A stretch of 38,059 nt of DNA from Clostridioides phage AR1074-1. The position numbers were made by a program, and so were the translations under genes. Below are positions 34,239-38,059 of this stretch, piece by piece (position 1 is the stretch's first letter; each line of letters starts with the position of its first letter). Location: the sequence record OR397123.1, one strand, 5' to 3'. The notes under the pieces were generated by a model. That model saw nothing but the letters and a program-made list of their open reading frames with translations, did not search any database and was not told the origin of the DNA.

Positions 34239-34514
34239 TTATATTTCTTCTAAAATTTCTTCATGTTGTTTTTTTATTGCATCAAGACCTTCAAGTATCA
34301 TTTTTCTTATAATTTCTTTCATGTATTCATCATGTGTAAATTTAACAATTTCTCCAATTTTATTTTTCTTGTCAATAAATAAAATTCTAACTTCTGTTTC
34401 TCCGATTTCAATTTCTTTTAAAATATTCTCTAAGTCTTTTATACTTTCTTTTGTTGTGCATTGTATCTCCTCTTTAATCTTAGTTAAAAATTCTTCGATT
34501 GTTGTTTTTCCCAT
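34239..34514 (-). CDS. Hypothetical protein (91 aa)
   Basis: ORF in the early-gene array, tightly packed. Confidence 0.4.
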   Translation of the reverse strand: MGKTTIEEFLTKIKEEIQCTTKESIKDLENILKEIEIGETEVRILFIDKKNKIGEIVKFTHDEYMKEIIRKMILEGLDAIKKQHEEILEEI

Positions 34515-34515
34515 T

Positions 34516-34764
34516 TTATTTTTCTCCTTTTTTTATTCTTCTGCAGCTTTCAACTGTAAAGTCACTATCTCTTCTTTTACCTTCTATAAAATTTAATTGT
34601 TTGCCACCATTTTTTTCTATATATTCAGATATTTCACTTTTGTCTTGGCATTCATTTTCTACATATTCAAGTATGTCAAGTATGCACATTTCTTCTGGAA
34701 CTTCAATAATAACTTTATGTTTTAAAAATATCGTTTCTTCAATTTCAATTCTATACTCTTTCAT
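34516..34764 (-). CDS. Hypothetical protein (82 aa)
   Basis: ORF in the early-gene array, 1-nt gap to its neighbour. Confidence 0.4.
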   Translation of the reverse strand: MKEYRIEIEETIFLKHKVIIEVPEEMCILDILEYVENECQDKSEISEYIEKNGGKQLNFIEGKRRDSDFTVESCRRIKKGEK

Positions 34765-34815
34765 TTTTTCTCCCCTTCTTTTCTGTATTAAAAAAATTTA
34801 TCTGTCTTTCATTTT

Positions 34816-35490
34816 CTATTTCTTCATCACTAAATCGTTTTTCCAAGTCATGCACTGTAGTTCCATCGGCTTTGAAAGAAACAGGACTATCCTTATCCAA
34901 TTTAAGCATACCCCCCACAAATCTGGATAATATCTTCTTAGAGTTCTAAGGCTCTCTAAACTTTGTTTAGGACATAAGTAACAACCAGTTCGTTTAAATC
35001 TATGATGTATTTTATAATAGAACCCTTTTTCTTCTAAATACTTCAAGCAATCTTTTTCAGTCATTTTTGCTTCGTAAAGTGGTGCTATACAGTTTTCTTC
35101 CAGTCTTTTATATCTATTAGGTTCATCAAAGGCAATTCCAATGTACCTTTTATGTTCTCCAACCGAATTGAAATATTTATTAGCAGGAGCAAGTTTTAAT
35201 CGACTATTACACCATGCTCCCAAGGTGTATGGAAAACCCCATATTTGCCCTTTACGCTTACCTTGTTTATTAACAGTATAAAAGTATTCCTCAAAGGTTT
35301 TTTCTGCTTTAATTCTTGTTATTTTAAAGTTTATTCTTTTTTCAAAATCATCTATTATGTTATAAATTTCTTCAAATTCTAGTCCTGTATCTATAAATAC
35401 GATTTCATCAAGAGTTAATTTCTTTTCTAATATTAGAAGGAGCATTGCTGCTGAATCTTTTCCTCCACTAAAACTTGCAATATACTTCAT
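34816..35490 (-). CDS. Phosphoadenosine-phosphosulfate (PAPS) reductase-family protein (PP-loop ATP pyrophosphatase)
   Basis: 224 aa with the SFSGGKDS PP-loop at the N-terminus and a C-terminal Cys pair (CYLC). Confidence 0.85.
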   Translation of the reverse strand: MKYIASFSGGKDSAAMLLLILEKKLTLDEIVFIDTGLEFEEIYNIIDDFEKRINFKITRIKAEKTFEEYFYTVNKQGKRKGQIWGFPYTLGAWCNSRLKLAPANKYFNSVGEHKRYIGIAFDEPNRYKRLEENCIAPLYEAKMTEKDCLKYLEEKGFYYKIHHRFKRTGCYLCPKQSLESLRTLRRYYPDLWGVCLNWIRIVLFLSKPMELQCMTWKNDLVMKK

Positions 35491-35675
35491 TTTTTCGCCC
35501 CTTCTGTTTCTAAATTTTTTTCTCTTTTTTTCTTACATTTCTTAGAACAATATGCAATTTTACCATCCGTATAAGAATAAATCGTTGTTCCACACCATCC
35601 GCAAATTTTAGCTGTTTTTTTATTTATATTAGACATTATTATCCCTCCAACTTTAAAATGGTATATCCGGGTCAT
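35487..35675 (-). CDS. Small zinc-ribbon protein
   Basis: 62 aa with CGWCG...CSKKC. Overlaps the PAPS reductase gene start. Confidence 0.45.
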   Translation of the reverse strand: MTRIYHFKVGGIIMSNINKKTAKICGWCGTTIYSYTDGKIAYCSKKCKKKREKNLETEGAKK

Positions 35676-36060
35676 CTATAGCTTGAAATCCCTGTTGGTC
35701 TAAACCTTTCGGTTCAAACATATATTCTTTTTCATTATCCTCTTTTTTATAGTCTAAAAATTTAATCTTATTAGCATGAACTTTTGTATAAGTTCTCTTC
35801 TCGCCTTCTTTTTCATAACTATTAACTCTTATAGACCCTTCGACCCCTATTAGCCTACCTTTAGTCAGATTATTAGCACATACTTCTGCTAACTTCCCCA
35901 TCACCTCAATAGGTATAAAATCAGTTTCCTTAGTTCCATCTTTTTTGATATAATCTCTATCTATTGCTATTGTAAAAGTAGATACAGCTGTTCCAGAACC
36001 TGGTATATATTTCAATTCAGGGTCTTTTGTTAGTCTTCCAATCATTGCAACATTATTCAT
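35653..36060 (-). CDS. ssb: Single-stranded DNA-binding protein
   Basis: 135 aa. An OB fold (MIGRLTKDPELKYIPGSGTAVSTFTIA) and the acidic C-terminal tail DDPDIPF. Confidence 0.9.
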   Translation of the reverse strand: MNNVAMIGRLTKDPELKYIPGSGTAVSTFTIAIDRDYIKKDGTKETDFIPIEVMGKLAEVCANNLTKGRLIGVEGSIRVNSYEKEGEKRTYTKVHANKIKFLDYKKEDNEKEYMFEPKGLDQQGFQAIDDPDIPF

Positions 36061-36091
36061 TTTAAACCACCTTTCACTTTTTTATATTTCT

Positions 36092-36331
36092 TCAATTCCA
36101 AAATGGCGCTTCTTCTCCATTTCTTTCATCATTTAAAACTTCAACTATCTTATAATTTTGTAAACTATCTTTTCTTTCAAGTGACTTTATCCAGTCGTAA
36201 AATTTACCTCTATATTCTTTTTTATAAACATGATTCGGAAGGTCGTTCCAATTATCTAGTAAACTATCAAATTTCTCTAATGCTTGTGTAACACTAATCT
36301 TATTCATTTTCTCCCTCCACTTGTTCTTCAA
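36092..36331 (-). CDS. Hypothetical protein (79 aa)
   Basis: ORF in the early array. Confidence 0.45.
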   Translation of the reverse strand: MKNKWREKMNKISVTQALEKFDSLLDNWNDLPNHVYKKEYRGKFYDWIKSLERKDSLQNYKIVEVLNDERNGEEAPFWN

Positions 36332-36467
36332 TTATTTTATCTACGCAGCCTAAACAGAAATACAACGCAAAACTTAAATTTAAAGTTTCTTCTTCATACT
36401 TCACATAATTATTTTCTTCTACATTTATTGTTCTTTCGCATCTAGCGCATGTTACGAACTTATCCAT
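36300..36467 (-). CDS. Small zinc-ribbon protein (55 aa; start revised)
   Basis: RBS AAGGAGAGG plus 7 nt then the ATG at 36467 (MDKFVTCARCERT...CLGC). The track's N-terminal extension overlaps the upstream gene and is Arg/Lys junk. Confidence 0.4.
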   Translation of the reverse strand: MDKFVTCARCERTINVEENNYVKYEEETLNLSFALYFCLGCVDKIIEEQVEGENE

Positions 36468-36481
36468 TATTAAACCTCTCC

Positions 36482-36787
36482 TTATATTTCTTCCATTTTT
36501 CGAACATTTTTTTCTTTTAGTTCTATAAAAAAATTTTTTAATAGTATTTTTTCTTCTTCTCCTACTGAAAAATGAACGCAAGATACATCACAAGAACCTC
36601 GTATGTTAAACTCCATACTTAATTCTCCAATTCCAAAATAAGAATCAATATTTCTTATCATTGTATCAATGCCTTTTCTTCTATCCTCTAAAACCTCGTA
36701 TACCTTAATTTTTTCTTTTGTTTCTTTGTATTGTTCATACAGTAATTCCTGCTGCTCGCATAATTTTTCATATTTATTTATGTTCAT
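36482..36787 (-). CDS. Hypothetical protein (101 aa)
   Basis: ORF in the early array. Confidence 0.45.
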   Translation of the reverse strand: MNINKYEKLCEQQELLYEQYKETKEKIKVYEVLEDRRKGIDTMIRNIDSYFGIGELSMEFNIRGSCDVSCVHFSVGEEEKILLKNFFIELKEKNVRKMEEI

Positions 36788-36816
36788 TTTTGCGCTCCTT
36801 TTTAAATCTTTTATTT

Positions 36817-37182
36817 CTACAAGGAAATTATTTGCTTTATTTTTTCAATTTTATTAGATATAGAATTAATATTTTTATTTTTAATTCTAATACTTTTAGT
36901 CCTGTTATAAATCGCAATAGCTTTCCTTATATTTTTGTTTAAAATACAATCTATGAATAAATTATAAGTTTCTAATTCTAAAGCCTGTTCTATTAAAATA
37001 TTTTCAATATCTATTATGCATTCTTCTGACTCTAACGCATCCCTTGCAAAATTTTCTAAACTCTTTTCTAAACCTTTTATATGTTTTTCACATTCTTTTA
37101 AATATTCTTCTTTTTGTTTATTTCCTTCTTCCAACTCTTCAATTAGTTGTTTCTTAACTAATGTATAACTACCTATATTCAA
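36817..37182 (-). CDS. Hypothetical coiled-coil protein (121 aa; TTG start)
   Basis: Translationally coupled (tTGa overlap) to the upstream small ORF. Confidence 0.45.
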   Translation of the reverse strand: MNIGSYTLVKKQLIEELEEGNKQKEEYLKECEKHIKGLEKSLENFARDALESEECIIDIENILIEQALELETYNLFIDCILNKNIRKAIAIYNRTKSIRIKNKNINSISNKIEKIKQIISL

Positions 37183-37343
37183 AATTTTCCCTCCTGTTCT
37201 TCTATTTTTTTAACTTCATTACAAGCAATAGAAAATAATTCTCCTTTACTTAGATTTTTATATTTTTCTTGTAGTTTCTTTTGTTTCTTACTAATCAAAT
37301 CAGCTTTTTCTAATATACTCATCTCTGAAATTTTCTTTTGCAT
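37179..37343 (-). CDS. Small hypothetical protein (54 aa; not in the track)
   Basis: RBS GAAGGAGC plus 7 nt then ATG at 37343 (MQKKISEMSILEKADLISKK...). Its stop overlaps the next gene's start. Confidence 0.4.
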   Translation of the reverse strand: MQKKISEMSILEKADLISKKQKKLQEKYKNLSKGELFSIACNEVKKIEEQEGKF

Positions 37344-37431
37344 TTACTTTGCTCCTTCTTGTTCTGCTACAGTAAAATTTATTATCGTCTCATTTCCCCT
37401 GTGCTATACTAAAGCAAAAGGAGGCGATACT

Positions 37432-37776
37432 ATGGTTACTAACCAAGATTGTATAAGAGATATTTTATTATTTATTGAATCTAATACAACTCCCATTTCT
37501 CCTGTATTACAATTTGATACTATACTAGATAATCTCAAATATGATGAATCAACTATTATTCATCATATAAATTTAATTTATCAAAACAGTCTCGTTGATG
37601 ATGTTAATTATGGTGATGATACTGTTTTAGAGGTCACGCAGTTGTCTTTAAAAGGCTATCAATATTTAGATGAAATACGAGACAGCACTAAATGGAATAA
37701 AATAAAAAGTTCCACCTCAAGTTTTTTAAATATGTCTCTACCTATCGCAATAGAGTACATATTAGGTAAGTTTTAA
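37432..37776 (+). CDS. YjcQ/DUF2513-like hypothetical protein
   Basis: 114 aa with RBS AAAGGAGGCG. Divergent from the minus-strand early operon. Confidence 0.5.
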   Translation: MVTNQDCIRDILLFIESNTTPISPVLQFDTILDNLKYDESTIIHHINLIYQNSLVDDVNYGDDTVLEVTQLSLKGYQYLDEIRDSTKWNKIKSSTSSFLNMSLPIAIEYILGKF

Positions 37777-37818
37777 TAGTTTTAAATATAAGGTTTAGAT
37801 TATAGATATTTCTAAGCC

Positions 37819-38059
37819 TTATCCTAGTATTTTTCTAATACGTTCTTCTTCTTTTAGTAGTTCACTGATAGTGTGTGTTTTTATAAAACCTTCTGAAAAT
37901 TGGTGCTGACCTTTTTCAAATTTTTTAATTAGTACACTTTTTTTGCTGTCATCTCTTTCTATTGCTCTTAAAAATGATTCATAAAATATATGCTCCTTGC
38001 CAAATTCTTTTAAAATATATTCCTTGGTAGAATCATTATAGCCATGCTCTTTTAATACT
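37819..38059 (-). CDS. Partial CDS (C-terminal 79 aa; gene continues beyond the right edge)
   Basis: Minus-strand frame open from the window edge to TAA at 37821-37819 (...FEKGQHQFSEGFIKTHTISELLKEEERIRKILG*). Confidence 0.35.
   Translation of the reverse strand, partial: VLKEHGYNDSTKEYILKEFGKEHIFYESFLRAIERDDSKKSVLIKKFEKGQHQFSEGFIKTHTISELLKEEERIRKILG

Noticed and set aside
36300-36581. 93-aa ORF with Arg/Lys-rich N-terminus
   Set aside because: The N-terminal 38 codons overlap the upstream gene and look like frame read-through. An internal ATG with an AAGGAGAGG RBS gives a 55-aa zinc-ribbon protein.
1-38059. tRNA or rRNA genes
   Set aside because: No cloverleaf-compatible GC-rich 70-90-nt segments were noticed. 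The only GC-rich non-coding patch (31367-31537) lacks tRNA-like arms and is better explained as cos.

Overview
The window is a nearly complete genome of a temperate siphovirus of a low-GC Firmicute, laid out as a phage-plasmid (about 29% GC, dense coding, AAGGAGG-type ribosome-binding sites). The host is almost certainly Clostridioides difficile: the endolysin matches the CD27L-type amidase of C. difficile phages, and the holin is TcdE-like (phage_holin_4_1 family). No integrase or attachment site for lysogeny is present; instead the window carries a plasmid-maintenance block. That block holds 23-bp iterons next to a Rep-like winged-helix protein, an antisense-RNA-like structured element, a type I toxin/antitoxin locus with small hydrophobic peptides, an AbrB-like gene, ParA plus a ribbon-helix-helix ParG-like gene flanked by AT-rich centromere-like repeats, and a truncated tyrosine recombinase that may be a dimer resolvase.

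From 38059 down to 87 the minus strand encodes, in order:
- replication and early genes (SSB, a PAPS-reductase-like protein, several zinc-ribbon proteins);
- the ArpU-type late activator and the small tyrosine recombinase;
- an HNH endonuclease, a cos-like GC-rich gap, and the small and large terminase subunits;
- portal, prohead protease and an HK97-fold capsid protein;
- connectors, the major tail protein, and a tail chaperone with a -1 programmed frameshift;
- a 1733-aa tape measure protein;
- Dit, Tal, a BppU-like protein and a glycine-rich receptor-binding protein;
- holin and amidase endolysin;
- a three-gene cargo operon of unknown function;
- after the window wraps, a Cro-like regulator and a DnaD-like replisome organiser.

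The plus strand carries a CI-like repressor, a second XRE regulator, the small-peptide/AbrB/partition block (divergent from a minus-strand lipoprotein gene), and a small XRE gene divergent from the cargo operon.

The most unusual locus lies between the lysis cassette and the partition module. A divergent XRE regulator faces a three-gene operon with no recognisable domains, one of which encodes a strongly acidic protein. Directly downstream sit three to four degenerate direct repeats with a 66-bp period. They resemble clostridial type I-B CRISPR repeats, as recalled from memory and needing confirmation against the real C. difficile consensus, and no cas genes are present. This may be a phage-borne mini-array or an RNA anti-CRISPR repeat mimic within an anti-defence island.
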